64,000 nt of DNA. Origin: Oculina patagonica (Eukaryota). The stretch covers positions 6,138,001-6,202,000 of the forward strand of contig NC_135767.1 of the NCBI RefSeq assembly GCF_052425735.1, read 5' to 3'. Below, piece after piece: positions 1-11,207 of this stretch. The notes beneath the pieces were generated by a model, which had not been told where the DNA came from, made no database searches, and was given only the letters and a program-made list of their open reading frames with translations. How positions within the stretch are numbered: the first letter of the stretch is position 1; each line of letters begins with the position of its first letter. The translations under genes were made by a program, and so were the position numbers.

Positions 1-620
1 TGCTGAACAATGTTTACACAGTCATTGCAGCTTCAGGTTATATTTTATGTGGAGTATCTGTCTTAACATCGACCGCAATAAGTGTGGACAGACTTCTCGC
101 ACTGTTGCTGGGACTGAGATACAAGCAAGTGGTAACATTGAGGCGAGTTCGTGTAGTCATAACTTGTTTTTGTTTAATTGCTGCTATACTTGGAGGGCTC
201 CGAGGGTGGAGAAGAGATATTGCAATTAAGGCAGCCTCTGTTTTCAATTCACTTTGCGTGGCAACTTCCATTTTCTGTTACACGAAGATCCACCTCAAGC
301 TACGACATCAACAAGCCCAAGTACAAAACAATGTCCCCCACGGACAACAGAATGGAGAAGGAACGCCACTAAACATAGCAGGATACAAAAAGACAGTTTC
401 CAGCATTATGTGGGTGCAGTTGGCATTAGTTGCCTGCTATGTTCCGTGGGTGATTGTGGCTGTGCTGGATGCGAATGGTATTGAACATTACGTTGCTTGG
501 CTAGCTACACCAACTCTGCTTTTGTTAAACTCATCTCTAAACCCGATCTTGTACTGTTGGAAAATCAGGGAAGTGAAACAAGCAGTTAAAGGCACAATCA
601 GGCAGCTTTACTTTTTTTAA
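1..620 (+). CDS. Class A GPCR array copy 1 (5' end outside the window; TM3-TM7)
   Basis: Open frame with [16 protein letters not shown] (TM3/ICL2), CYVPW (TM6), [11 protein letters not shown] (TM7); paralogous to the other copies. Confidence 0.9.
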   Translation, partial: LNNVYTVIAASGYILCGVSVLTSTAISVDRLLALLLGLRYKQVVTLRRVRVVITCFCLIAAILGGLRGWRRDIAIKAASVFNSLCVATSIFCYTKIHLKLRHQQAQVQNNVPHGQQNGEGTPLNIAGYKKTVSSIMWVQLALVACYVPWVIVAVLDANGIEHYVAWLATPTLLLLNSSLNPILYCWKIREVKQAVKGTIRQLYFF

Positions 621-1174
621 AAGCCTAGCTGTGTAAACCAACATTAAGTTGAAAAGTGAAATCGACAGTGTCTAAATGGTGCGAAAGAGTAGCTTAATTT
701 ATTTCTTGCAATGTTCACAATTGCTTTCGAATCAAATTGGAAAAGATATGGATTGAGACAAGCTAGATTACGAATGATAAACTGCATAATTTATAAGACT
801 TTGGACGAAGATTCGCCTTCCATTACGCATCCATTTTGGAGCAAACGTAAAGCAGTTCCTTTGTTTGCTTTTGTTTTAACTTTAATTTAGCTATCATTCT
901 TAAGCACTGATAAGAAAACTTAAATTAATTTAGGCGCGAGGTTAGGTTTCACAACATACATTAACAGTTTATGTCGGTTCCTCTTTGGATGAGGGCAAAT
1001 CTATAATATTATTACCTATACCAGAGTTGAAACTTGCTGTTGCGAACAGTTAAGTCTACATAGGGGTCTATAATCAAGTAAATTTAATCACTTGTATGAA
1101 AAGATAACACAGAACGTTCGAGAAAAGAAATGTCATTAAAAATTGAACTGCAACCAGGATGAGACATGAAAAAA

Positions 1175-1276
1175 AAAAAATATGAGCTTTCGGCTATTTT
1201 ACTTTCTCTCCTTTTTTTTTTTTTTTTTTGCATTCGTCAAAGGCTATAGTAAAATAGCCGAAAGCTCATATTTTTT
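1175..1276. repeat. Inverted repeat, 29-bp arms around a T-rich spacer (MITE-like remnant)
   Basis: aaaaaatatgagctttcggctattttact (1175-1203) is the reverse complement of 1248-1276. Confidence 0.7.
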
Positions 1277-1417
1277 CTTAACTTTTTAAACCAGAGAACG
1301 CTATTTTACACTTTTAAAAGAAATGTCAGTTCATTCAGGTAAAATAAAATTGTGCAAAGTTCGTGTATTTGTCGAAGGCAGCGTCCACGAAGTAATCAGA
1401 CCCAAAACTCTATTTAA

Positions 1418-1784
1418 GGTGGCTGGTAACGGTTTCCAGCACTTTCCAGCTCTTATACTTTGACGGGTCAGTACTACAAATCCTTATCAGTTGATGCTAC
1501 AATAATGGTATGAAATTAATGCCCAGTGATTGGTGAATATGTTGTGATTATTTTCATGACGTCATTGGTTACTATAGCAACAGTATAACCTGTTAAAAAC
1601 ACCCTTAATTTTGGCTTTAAGTGCTTATAACTCAAAAACGAGCTCGGTCACCCCCATTTTTTATTATTGAACATTAATCAGCATGTTAAGATACAACTTT
1701 TTGCAAAGTTAAAAAAATTCTACGAAGCGGTTTCAGAGCCACCTTAAAAATTTGAAAATTTAAGGTGGCTCTGAAACCGCTTCG
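1418..1784. mobile_element. TTAA-bounded (Kolobok-like) non-autonomous element, probably truncated
   Basis: TTAA-ggtggct (1414-1424) ... agccacc-TTAA (1737-1747), plus a 26-bp-arm hairpin 1723-1748/1759-1784. At 1785 the sequence joins abruptly to a block paralogous to about 11948. Confidence 0.55.
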
Positions 1785-2438
1785 CCGAACAAATACAACT
1801 ATCAACTGCTCCTAAGACTTGAACACGAATCCATTCTTGTGTTAATTAACATTAACGAGTTTGACAATCATTCTGTATTGATACATTTAGTAAAAAACTA
1901 ACATAAGATCAGCTGCTGCATCCTGCTGTCCAAACAAAAAGAATATTTTACAACTGCGCATTTCCTGAGAGATAACACTTTGTTTAAAGTTGCATGCTAA
2001 GAGCGGAACTGAGTTCTCAAAAGTCAATACAACGATAGGAAATCTTATTTCAACATTAGTCGGAATAGCAAATATTTCACGGAAAACTACTTATACTTTG
2101 GCCAATTTTTTTTCTTCGTGTGACATTTAACTCAAAGGGTTTGCTCCTAAATACATGTAACTGTAGAACGTTTCATTCTTTTCATTTAAATCTTTAGTTA
2201 AAAAGATATGTGACTGATGCTGTTCTTTCGATCTTTAGTGTATCGTTATTGCTTGGAAAAATAATACAATCTCAGTTAGTTTTGTTTTTCAAATGATAAG
2301 CGGTGTAATGTCTAAGCAACTGACAGATCTATCAGTTTTAAACTCAAACGTTAAGCAAATGGTCAAATTGCCGGATTTAAAAGGACAATGCAATAAACAC
2401 AGGGCCTTTAATAGGAAAAAAACAAACAGACACAAAAC

Positions 2439-2537
2439 TAGCCTGCGAGAGCAGACGCATTTCCGGCCGTCGCTTCTCTCCGCTATTTTTCGGCGGAGAG
2501 AAGCGACGGCCGGAAATGCGTCTGCTCTCGCAGGCTA
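2439..2537. mobile_element. Palindromic 99-bp MITE with 9-bp TSD (Academ- or Mutator-like)
   Basis: Near-perfect hairpin tagcctgcgagagcagacgc...gcgtctgctctcgcaggcta, flanked by acacaaaac at 2430-2438 and 2538-2546. Confidence 0.85.
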
Positions 2538-2696
2538 ACACAAAACAAGAGAGGGCGTGTTAATTATCAGCCACATATAAAATCGTCATCCTAATAACAA
2601 AGCTGCAAGTTGATGCTTTTTCTTCTCAACGCTTCGTACCTTCCTCAACTTCAAGCACTCTTCAGGCAAGCTTAATTTTCTGACCACTCAGAAACA

Positions 2697-3035
2697 ATGA
2701 CGAACTTTACTGGAGAAGGAAACTACACAAGCAAACTAAATCAAGTACTAAACACACAGCCAGCAGGCATAGTTGAATTTTTGACAGCTTTGAACATTTT
2801 TCTTTCCATCACCGCTGCTGTGGGCAATGCTCTGATCCTTATGGCTCTCTGCTATGTTCCTTGGATGGGTGCGGCTGTACTAGATGCAGATGAAATTAAA
2901 CATTACGTGGCTTGGTTAGCTACGTCAACTCTAATCTTCTTAAACTCAACCCTTAACCCGATTTTGTACTGTTGGAAAATCAGGGAAGTGAAACAAGCAG
3001 TTAAAAGCACAATCAGGCAGCTTTACTGTTTTTAA
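2697..3035 (+). pseudogene. GPCR copy 2 with an in-frame internal deletion of about 191 codons (end of TM1 joined to TM6)
   Basis: ...GNALILMAL is fused directly to CYVPW...NPILYCW; 112 aa versus 303 aa in intact paralogs. Confidence 0.85.
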
Positions 3036-4003
3036 AAGACTAGCTGTGTAAATCGAAATAGAGTTGAAAAGTACTGAATTGACAGTGTCCAAATAATGTG
3101 AAAAAGTATCTAAATTCATTTCTTGCAATGTTCACAATTTTTCTTCAAATCAGATTGGAAAAGATTAAGATTAAGATTGCGCTAGATTTCGACCTTTCCT
3201 TTGTTTTCTTTTGTTTTAACTTCTTTAATTTAGCTATCGTACTAAGCCACTGATCAGAAAACTTGAATGTAGATTTTAGTTTAGATCTCAGTGTCACAAC
3301 AGACATAATGCTAGATTTCACAACAACAGTGACTTATTCGATTTCGTGACTTATTATTAATTAATGGCAGAAATAAATGATAATTTTCGAATTGGTGGAA
3401 AAAATGCGTTTCATAATCCAGCTGGCGTTAAAAATTAGTGATATTATTTCTGGGAGAAACACTTCTGTGAACTATTTGGCAGAAAAATGAGTTTTTTCCA
3501 CTACAGGTTTCTGAAATAATTATAATGAACTGTTAGCTGGTGAAGTTTGGCATAATTTATTTATAAATTGTCAAGTCTTGGAGTTGTATACAAATCTTGA
3601 TATACCACCAGTCGGTAGCATCTTAACGTCATCAGAACACCTGTACTTGTAAGCGAAAGTGTTTAGAGAAAATTTATTCTTGATTAATGTACACGCTATA
3701 TCAGACTGTGCAACAACAAAATTGTTTATTTTGTCAACGACAGCAAACTTTACCTTTAACTTTTCACAGAGATTTTGGAATATTCAGCAGAGCAAAACTG
3801 AACTATTTTTCCCTATTATTATAAAACATCGACCATGTTTAAATACACTTTGTCAGCACAAGTGGGCGTGTTATCAGCGACATATGAAATCATCATCTCA
3901 AATAACAAAGCAGCAAGCTAATGTTATTTTGTGAAAGCTTCGGAACTGTTTCAACTTCAAGCACTCTTCTACGCAAGCTTGATTCCCTGACCACCCAAGA
4001 ACA

Positions 4004-4915
4004 ATGGCGAACTTTACAGGAGAAGGAAACTACACAAGCAAACTGAACCAAGCACTCAGCGCACCACCAACAGGCATAGCTGAATTTTTTGTAGCTTTGA
4101 ACATTTTTCTTTCCATCACCGCTGCTGTGGGCAATGCTCTGATCCTTGTGGCTCTGAAGAATGTCTTCTCTATTCATCCTCCAACAAAACTTTTCTTTCG
4201 ATGTCTAGCGGTCACTGATCTTTGCGTTGGTCTTATTGTACAACCACTGTATGCTACCTACACTATGTCAAGTATAATAAAGATGAACGTGAATGTTTTG
4301 TTTTACGTTTTCAAAGTCTACGCAGTTTCAAGTTATATTTTATGTGGATTATCTGGCTTGGTGTCGACCGCAATTAGTGTGGACAGACTTCTCGCACTGT
4401 TGCTGGGACTGAGATACAGACATGTCGTAACACAAAGGCGAGTTCTTGTAGTCATAACTTGTTTTTGGCTAATTGCTGCTTCATGTGGATTGCTCTCGGT
4501 GTGGATAGAAGATATCGCCATTAACACAACCTCTGTTGTCGTAATACTTTGTCTGGTAACTTCCATTTTCTGTTACACGAGGATCCACCTCAAACTACGA
4601 CATCAACAAGCCCAAGTACAAAACAATGTCCCCCACGGACAACAGAACGGAGAAGCGATTCCACTAAACATAGCAAGATACAAAAAGACAGTTTCTAGCA
4701 TTATGTGGGTGCAATTGGCATTAGTTGCCTGCTATGTTCCGTGGGCCATTGTCGCTGTGCTAAATGCGAATGGAATTGAACATGATGTTTCTTGGTTAGC
4801 TGCAATAACTCTCGTTTTCTTAAACTCATCTCTAACCCCGATCTTGTACTGTTGGAAAATCAGGGAAGCGAAACAAGCAGTTAAAGACACAATAAGGCAG
4901 CTTTACTGTTTCTAG
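4004..4915 (+). CDS. Class A GPCR array copy 3 (303 aa, adenosine/melanocortin-receptor-like family)
   Basis: Seven hydrophobic segments; GN (TM1), LAVTD (TM2), DRL, CYVP; NPxxY changed to TPILY. Confidence 0.92.
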   Translation: MANFTGEGNYTSKLNQALSAPPTGIAEFFVALNIFLSITAAVGNALILVALKNVFSIHPPTKLFFRCLAVTDLCVGLIVQPLYATYTMSSIIKMNVNVLFYVFKVYAVSSYILCGLSGLVSTAISVDRLLALLLGLRYRHVVTQRRVLVVITCFWLIAASCGLLSVWIEDIAINTTSVVVILCLVTSIFCYTRIHLKLRHQQAQVQNNVPHGQQNGEAIPLNIARYKKTVSSIMWVQLALVACYVPWAIVAVLNANGIEHDVSWLAAITLVFLNSSLTPILYCWKIREAKQAVKDTIRQLYCF

Positions 4916-4981
4916 ACGACTAGCTGTGTAGATCGACATAAGGTTGCAAAGTACAATTGACAGTCTCGAAATAGAGTAATG

Positions 4982-5640
4982 TATAGATTTAGCCAAGCCT
5001 GAAGCGGAGCTCCACATATACTTTTTCGCCTGTTCTTAATAGTTTTTGAAAATACCATCGTTGAAAATACTGTCCATAGCTAAAATAATTCGTCAACTCC
5101 AATGCAATCGCAGAAATTCCGCTGCCAAAATCTTGTCATTAGCTTGTTGAAAACAGGAAAAAAAAACTTGAGCCAGCGATCCAATGGAAAATATAACCTG
5201 GTCAGCGGAAATCTTCATAAAACAGGTGACGTCGATGATCTCTTTACTGTTCAGCGGATACTTTGTTTTGACAGCTGTCAATTGACCATATTATATCACG
5301 GATGTCCAGTATCAAAGACTTATACTAGTTATACAACACTTTCGAGTGGTATACTATGGAATATCCCACGAGTCACTTGTATTTTCTCTCGGTATACACA
5401 CGAGCCCTTAGGCGAGTGTGTATACCAAGAAAATACAAGTGACAAGTGTGATATACCATAGTATACCACGAGAAAGTGTTGTATAACTATTTTATACCAT
5501 ACCATAGAAAATACGCTTACTAAATTTCGTCGAGAATACAATCGCAGCGCACGATGGGAAGGTTGGGTTGAATACCGTCGAATATACAACGGCTTTCCTG
5601 TATTCTGATTGGCTGTATTTTCTATGGCATGGTATAAAAA
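4982..5640. repeat. Composite interspersed repeat with two long hairpins
   Basis: Starts atagatttagccaagcct...ggagctcc, as does 34107. Contains imperfect long palindromes at about 5327-5489 and 5491-5639. Confidence 0.6.
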
Positions 5641-6096
5641 CCGATATGGCATTCTTCTTCCCCCGCCCGAGTTGCCTTGTGACTCCCCTCCTCCTCCTCG
5701 AGAGTCTGTAGGCGCGCGCTGGCGTATGCTCACTCGATAACCAAATTGTTTGGACTTGATGGGTTTACCAAATTTCCTTACCCATGGTGCTCCGCTGGCG
5801 ACTGCAAAACTGTAGACAAAGAAGCTCTTTCCATGGCGTATTATCCGTTTGGCACAAATAGTGAAACAGCACATTTATTCGACTTAATTAAGCTATCATG
5901 CTAAGCCATCGATTAGAACATTTTAATAAATGAAAACTGAAGGTTAGGTTTCACACCAGACATTTAACAGTTTGTGCGGATTCCTCTTCGGATAAATGCA
6001 AATTTAAAATATCATGACCTATACCATAGTTAAAACTTGTGCTAGCAGTTAGGTTTATAACTAAGCATGCTAAGTCCGTGCTATGTATTGTATATA

Positions 6097-6888
6097 CCTT
6101 ATTACATGAAATTTTCGCGACACGTTAATTTCGCGAATTTCGCGATTTTTTAAAAATCGCGAAATTAAAGTGACGCGAACAATAAGTGTCGCGAACATAA
6201 CATGACGCGAAAATTAAGTTATCTATCAACTTTATTGGTCTTAAAAAATTTTACAAATAAAAGAAAAAGAAAAGGACCAAAAAGGAATTGCGCGAACGGG
6301 AAAATAGTAACCCATGCGGGGCGCAACCTAAAAACTAAAAAGAATGGCGATAAAAATCTTAAATTAAAAAATATATATATATAATAAATATAATTAATTA
6401 CTATAGTTAAAAATTATACCGATACACTGAAGGAAAATTTCATGTAATAAGGTACCTGATTGAAAAAACGTTGACCCGATTGTCCGAAAGAATGAGTTAA
6501 GTACCACTGAAGGATACAATTTTCAATGTAAATGGATGTTGTGGTCAATTGACTCAAGAACTATAGTTTACGTACAAGCATGAACTGCTTGTGGACATTG
6601 TGAGAACTGCTCTGTTAACGACTGTTGACATTTAGTCCCGCCGTTGCGTTTTTGTTTATTTTGACGTTATCGTTCCTTTGATAACGATTAACGATAGTCG
6701 TTTTATCAATTCAACGACGTGTTTAATAATATCACAAAGGCAATTTAATTGTGTCTTCCTCAAAAAACGCGAAATTAAAGTGATTAAAAATGCAACAGTT
6801 TCGCAAAATCGCGAAATTTAAGTGTCGCGAAATATGCGCACCTCAAAATCGCGAAATTAACGTGTCGCGAAAATTTCATGTAATAAGG
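6097..6888. mobile_element. TA-flanked MITE (Tc1/mariner-type ends), 40-bp TIRs
   Basis: ccttattacatgaaattttcgcgacacgttaatttcgcga (6097-6136) is inverted at 6849-6888 with TA on both sides. Absent from the paralogous site at about 24200-24240. Confidence 0.85.
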
Positions 6889-7006
6889 TACCTGATTGAA
6901 AAAACGTTGACCCGTGAAAAATAAACCGAAGGGAATTCTGGGTAGACAGCATTGGTGAGCTTAGTAGTTATGTTCAATTTATTTATAATCAAGACATTTT
7001 TTCTTT

Positions 7007-7076
7007 CTTTCACCGAAAGGTCTCTGAAGAGTCTCTTGGCGGAGACGAAACATGCGTGTCAGACCAGCCACGAAAG
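7007..7076 (+). ncRNA. Type I hammerhead ribozyme (copy 1)
   Basis: Stem I GGTCT (7019-23)/AGACC (7061-65); core CTGAAGA (7024-30); stem II GTCTC/GAGAC with 6-nt loop; GAAA (7047-50); stem III ACA/TGT; GUC triplet ending at 7060; distal stem I CTTTC/GAAAG. Confidence 0.9.
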
Positions 7077-7187
7077 TATTTAACAATTTACACGTTACGC
7101 AATTGGGAATGCTTACGCGACGTAAGGCCAGATTGCACCATCATTTTGACGCTAGCGGGACTTCGAACGCGATGTTCGACGAGTTAG

Positions 7188-7256
7188 CTTTCACCGAAAG
7201 GTCTCTGAAGAGTCTCTTGGCGGAGACGAAACATGCGTGTCAGACCAGCCACGAAA
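7188..7256 (+). ncRNA. Type I hammerhead ribozyme (copy 2)
   Basis: Identical to copy 1, shifted by 181 nt; predicted cleavage after C7241. Confidence 0.9.
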
Positions 7257-9586
7257 ACATTTTTTCTTTGAGAGCTTTGAAAGCATGATTTATGCAATCT
7301 GTCTTATTATTATGTTCATTTTGTCACAGAAGACGATTACTTTTTCCGATTTCCCAGTAAACATTTGGGTCGCATCGTTTATCGTTTATGCCTTTCACGG
7401 GACAACGTTTCTTCAATCAGGTGTATGGTGGTACATAACATAATGTATGATAACAGAAAGTTGAGATAATTTAAGTGAAAGAAAAAAATGTACAATGTTT
7501 AATTGTCCATCTTTTGATGGCAATTAATTCATCAAACCCAAAACTTGTTTTTTAAAAAACAGTTTAAACTAGTTTTTTTTTAACCTTATGAAAAATCTTT
7601 TAGTAGTAGTAGAGAGGGGGTTGAATAATCGTATATAAAACGTTAACATAATGCTCGATTTTCATTAATTCTCCGTGCACCTATTTTTCTCATAATTGGC
7701 TCGCGGCGCGAGTGTCCAATCCACCTTACAGAAAAACATGGCGGCTGTAAATTTTACCACAGTACCTTGCGAACGCAACCCAGCCAAGTTAAGAATGACG
7801 TCATGTAACTAAAGACTAAGCCAAACTTAATGTAGTTAACGGTGTCGAATTTTATTCCCGCAGTTTCGCCTTTCTCTTGCCCCCATTAACTGCCCCTGGG
7901 TCTCCAAGGATGCACCAAGACTTGTTTTTATATAGTAAGAAAGAGAAGCAAAAGGTTACTCAGAAATAACGAGACAGCCTATCCACGAGTAATGAAAGTA
8001 TTAGACAAAAGGGAAAGTTAACAACCTAGTTAATGGGGATTTGCCAAAAAAGACAGTTCTTTTATTTTCACCAAGTTGTTTTTCTTCCTATACAGTTGTC
8101 CCCATCTGCAATGATTTCTCCGAACTGTCATTATGTAGGCTGGTGAAGTCTTCTACAGCTGCACTCCTTTTATATAAGAAAGTCTAATTTTTTGGCCTGG
8201 ACTAAACGTCCTTAACTTTTTCGAAGATTTGAGCCTGAAATGTTCTTAGAATGTTCTTATTTCTTAAAAATATTTCACAAAAGTAGTATTGCAGTAAATT
8301 CATTCCTAACAGATATGTACATGTTCACGTCACCAATGAGTGAAGACAATACTGGTTACAAGTCAAGATTTGAATATATATTTATTCATTAAGTTCATAC
8401 ATTTGTCTCTCGCAACAAAGAGGAAAAAATGAAATTCGTTCTTAACCAAATTTCAGCCTTCGAAACGTCTTTGGGATGTTTTTAAATTTTGGCCTTTCTT
8501 CAGCCTCGATGTTCTTGCAAAAAACGTTCTTATAAAAAAAATGCATTTTGTAAATTGTCGACTCTAAAACTGAGGATATGCAAATATTTGTTTGACTAAT
8601 GCAATATCAGGTGATCAATTATAATTGCCACTGGTAAATGGTTGAAATTGATAATGGCAGGAAACAATTTTCTCCGGATTTAAAATTTTAGTTAACGGAT
8701 CTATTTTTTTATAAACGCCGGGTTTCCAAGGTGAAGTTGTAAATAACCCCCTCAAGCATTTATTTGATGTATAAAAAGCTGTATTTGTAATGAAAATTAG
8801 TAAGTCTCTCAAAAATAATGTATAAAATCCGTTGTTTAATAAGCTCCGAGCTCGAACAAAGTACACGAGTCAAATAAACGCCAGGTAGACCAGGCCGAGT
8901 TTACGCGGGGGTAAAAAAAAGGTTTTATGTTAATTATTAGATTTAACTGCTACTCAAAGCGGTCAAAGTTTCTGCCCAAAAATAATTATAACGGCAGAAC
9001 TATTGGAAAAATAGCACAATCTCAAAATTTTTGTTTTATAAATAGTAAGCGATGTAATATCAAGCAACTGACAGGTATATTAGTTTTAAACTCAAATGTT
9101 CACGAAAATGGACGAATGACGTAGTTTAAAAGTCTAATGCAATTAAAACTGGGCCTTTTAGGATAAACAGGACGTCAAGTGAAAAAGACACTTACAAAGC
9201 ACAAGTGGGCGTGTAAACAGCGACATATAAACTCATCATCTCACTAACAAAGCTGCAAGCTGAAACTTTTGTCTCACTGGTTAATTTGCAACGTTTTATC
9301 AAGTAACTGACAGATCTATCAGTTCTAATATCAAACGTGCAAGAAAATAGTCAAATTGCTAGATTTACAAGTATAATGCAATAAACACCGGGCTTTTAAG
9401 GAGCATCAGGAAGTCCTGTCAAAAAAAATACACGCACAGCACAAGAGTTCGTGTTAACAGCGACATATAAAATCATCATTTCTAAAACAAAGCTGTAAGT
9501 TGATACTTTATTCCTCAAACGTTTGTACCTTCCTCTACTTTAAGCACTCTTCAAGGCGAGCTTAAATTTCTGACCACCCAAGAACA

Positions 9587-10495
9587 ATGGCGAACTTTAC
9601 TGGAGAAGGAAACTACACAAGCAAACTGAACCAAGCACTCAGCGCACCACCAGCAGGCATAACCGAATTTTTTTCAGCTTTGAACATTTTTCTTTCCATC
9701 ACCGCTGCTGTGGGCAATGCTCTGATCAATTTTGCTCTGAAGAATGTCTCTTCTATTCATCCTCCGACAAAACTTTTCTTTCGATGTCTGGCAGTCACTG
9801 ATCTTTGCGTTGGTCTTATTATACAACCACTCTATGCTGCCTATATTATGTCTCCTAAGATCAAGATGAACGTGAATGTGCTGTATTATGCTAGCCAAAT
9901 CTATGGAGCTTCAAGTTATATTTTGTGTGCAGTATCTGGCTTGACATCGACAGCAATTAGTGTGGACAGACTTCTCGCACTGTTGCTGAGACTGAGATAT
10001 AGGCATGTCGTAACATTGAGGCGAGTTCGTGTAGTCATAACTTGTGTTTGGCTAATTGCTGCTTCATGTGGTTTGTTCCGGGTGTGGAGAAGAGATATGG
10101 ACATTGCGGCAGCCTTTGTTGGCTTAATACTTTGTCTGGCAACTTCGATATTCTGTTACACGAAGATCCACCTCAAACTACGACATCAACAAGCCCAAGT
10201 ACAAAACAATGTCCCCCACGGACAACAGAACGGAGAAGGGAATCCACTAAACATAGCAAGATACAAAAAGACAGTTTCCAGCATTATGTGGGTGCAGTTG
10301 GCATTTGTTGCCTGCTATGTTCCGTGGGGCATTGTGACTGTGCTGCATGTGAATGGAATTGAACATGATGTTTATTGGTTGACAGAAACTTTGGTCTTGT
10401 TAAACTCATCTCTAAACCCAATCTTGTACTGTTGGAAAATCAGGGAGGTGAAACAAGCAATAAAAGGCACAATCAGGCAGCTTTACTGTTTTTAA
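9587..10495 (+). CDS. Class A GPCR array copy 4 (302 aa)
   Basis: Intact 7TM ORF with DRL, CYVPW, NPILY. Confidence 0.93.
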   Translation: MANFTGEGNYTSKLNQALSAPPAGITEFFSALNIFLSITAAVGNALINFALKNVSSIHPPTKLFFRCLAVTDLCVGLIIQPLYAAYIMSPKIKMNVNVLYYASQIYGASSYILCAVSGLTSTAISVDRLLALLLRLRYRHVVTLRRVRVVITCVWLIAASCGLFRVWRRDMDIAAAFVGLILCLATSIFCYTKIHLKLRHQQAQVQNNVPHGQQNGEGNPLNIARYKKTVSSIMWVQLAFVACYVPWGIVTVLHVNGIEHDVYWLTETLVLLNSSLNPILYCWKIREVKQAIKGTIRQLYCF

Positions 10496-10989
10496 AAGAA
10501 TAACTGTGTAGATCGACATAAGGTTGCAAAGTACATTTGACAGTGTCCAAATTTACCATCAAATTGTATTTGAAAAGATTGAGACAGCGCTAGTTTACGA
10601 ACGATAAACTACGAAACTGTAAACCAAGATGCGCCTTCCATTACGCATCCATTTGGGAGAAAGCGTAAAGCAGTCCCTTTGTTTGCTTTTGTTTTATTAT
10701 TTCGCTATCATGTTAAGCCACCGAAGAGGAAACTAACAAAAATGTAGACGCGAGTTAAGACATTAGGTTAGGTTTTACAACAGACATTTAACAGATTATG
10801 AAGGTTATGTTGATTCCTCTTTGGATGGCGGCAAATCTATAATATTATTACCTATACCAGAGTTGACACTTTTGCTAACAGATAAGTTAAGTCTACAATG
10901 AAGTAAGTGTGATTATTTATATAATAGGATAACACAGAATGTACGAGAACAGAAATTTCAGTTCATTCAGGAAAAACAAAATTCAATGA

Positions 10990-11207
10990 TACTTTCTTAC
11001 TTGCCCAGCATATTTAACGTAGTGACTTATATAATATTCATTATATTTTAAGTCCTGATGATTTTTACCGTGTTGAAATAAATATTATTATTTATTATAT
11101 CATGTCCTGAAGAGAACCCTGAAGAGGTTGAAAGTTCTAGACGATTTAAATGTAACTTTTTCACGCTCCAAACGGTTGAAAACAAATAAATCTAGAAGAA
11201 AAAAAAG
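10990..11207 (+). mobile_element. 218-bp retroposed insertion with 12-bp TSD and A-rich tail
   Basis: aaaattcaatga at 10978-10989 and 11208-11219; AATAAA and A-rich 3' end; absent from the paralogous block at about 17270. Confidence 0.75.

Larger units (their letters stand above)
7007..7256 (+). mobile_element. Retrozyme-like insertion: about 1.4 copies of a 181-nt unit, 69-bp terminal direct repeats, 13-bp TSD
   Basis: 7007-7075 is identical to 7188-7256 and each contains a hammerhead. Flanked by acattttttcttt at 6994-7006 and 7257-7269. Confidence 0.85.
6891..7421. mobile_element. MITE with 29-bp TIRs, hosting the retrozyme insertion
   Basis: cctgattgaaaaaacgttgacccgtgaaa (6891-6919) versus tttcacgggacaacgtttcttcaatcagg (7393-7421), 2 mismatches. 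Confidence 0.8.

Noticed and set aside
5329-5874. 181-aa minus-strand ORF
   Set aside because: Runs through palindromic interspersed repeats and has no recognisable domain.
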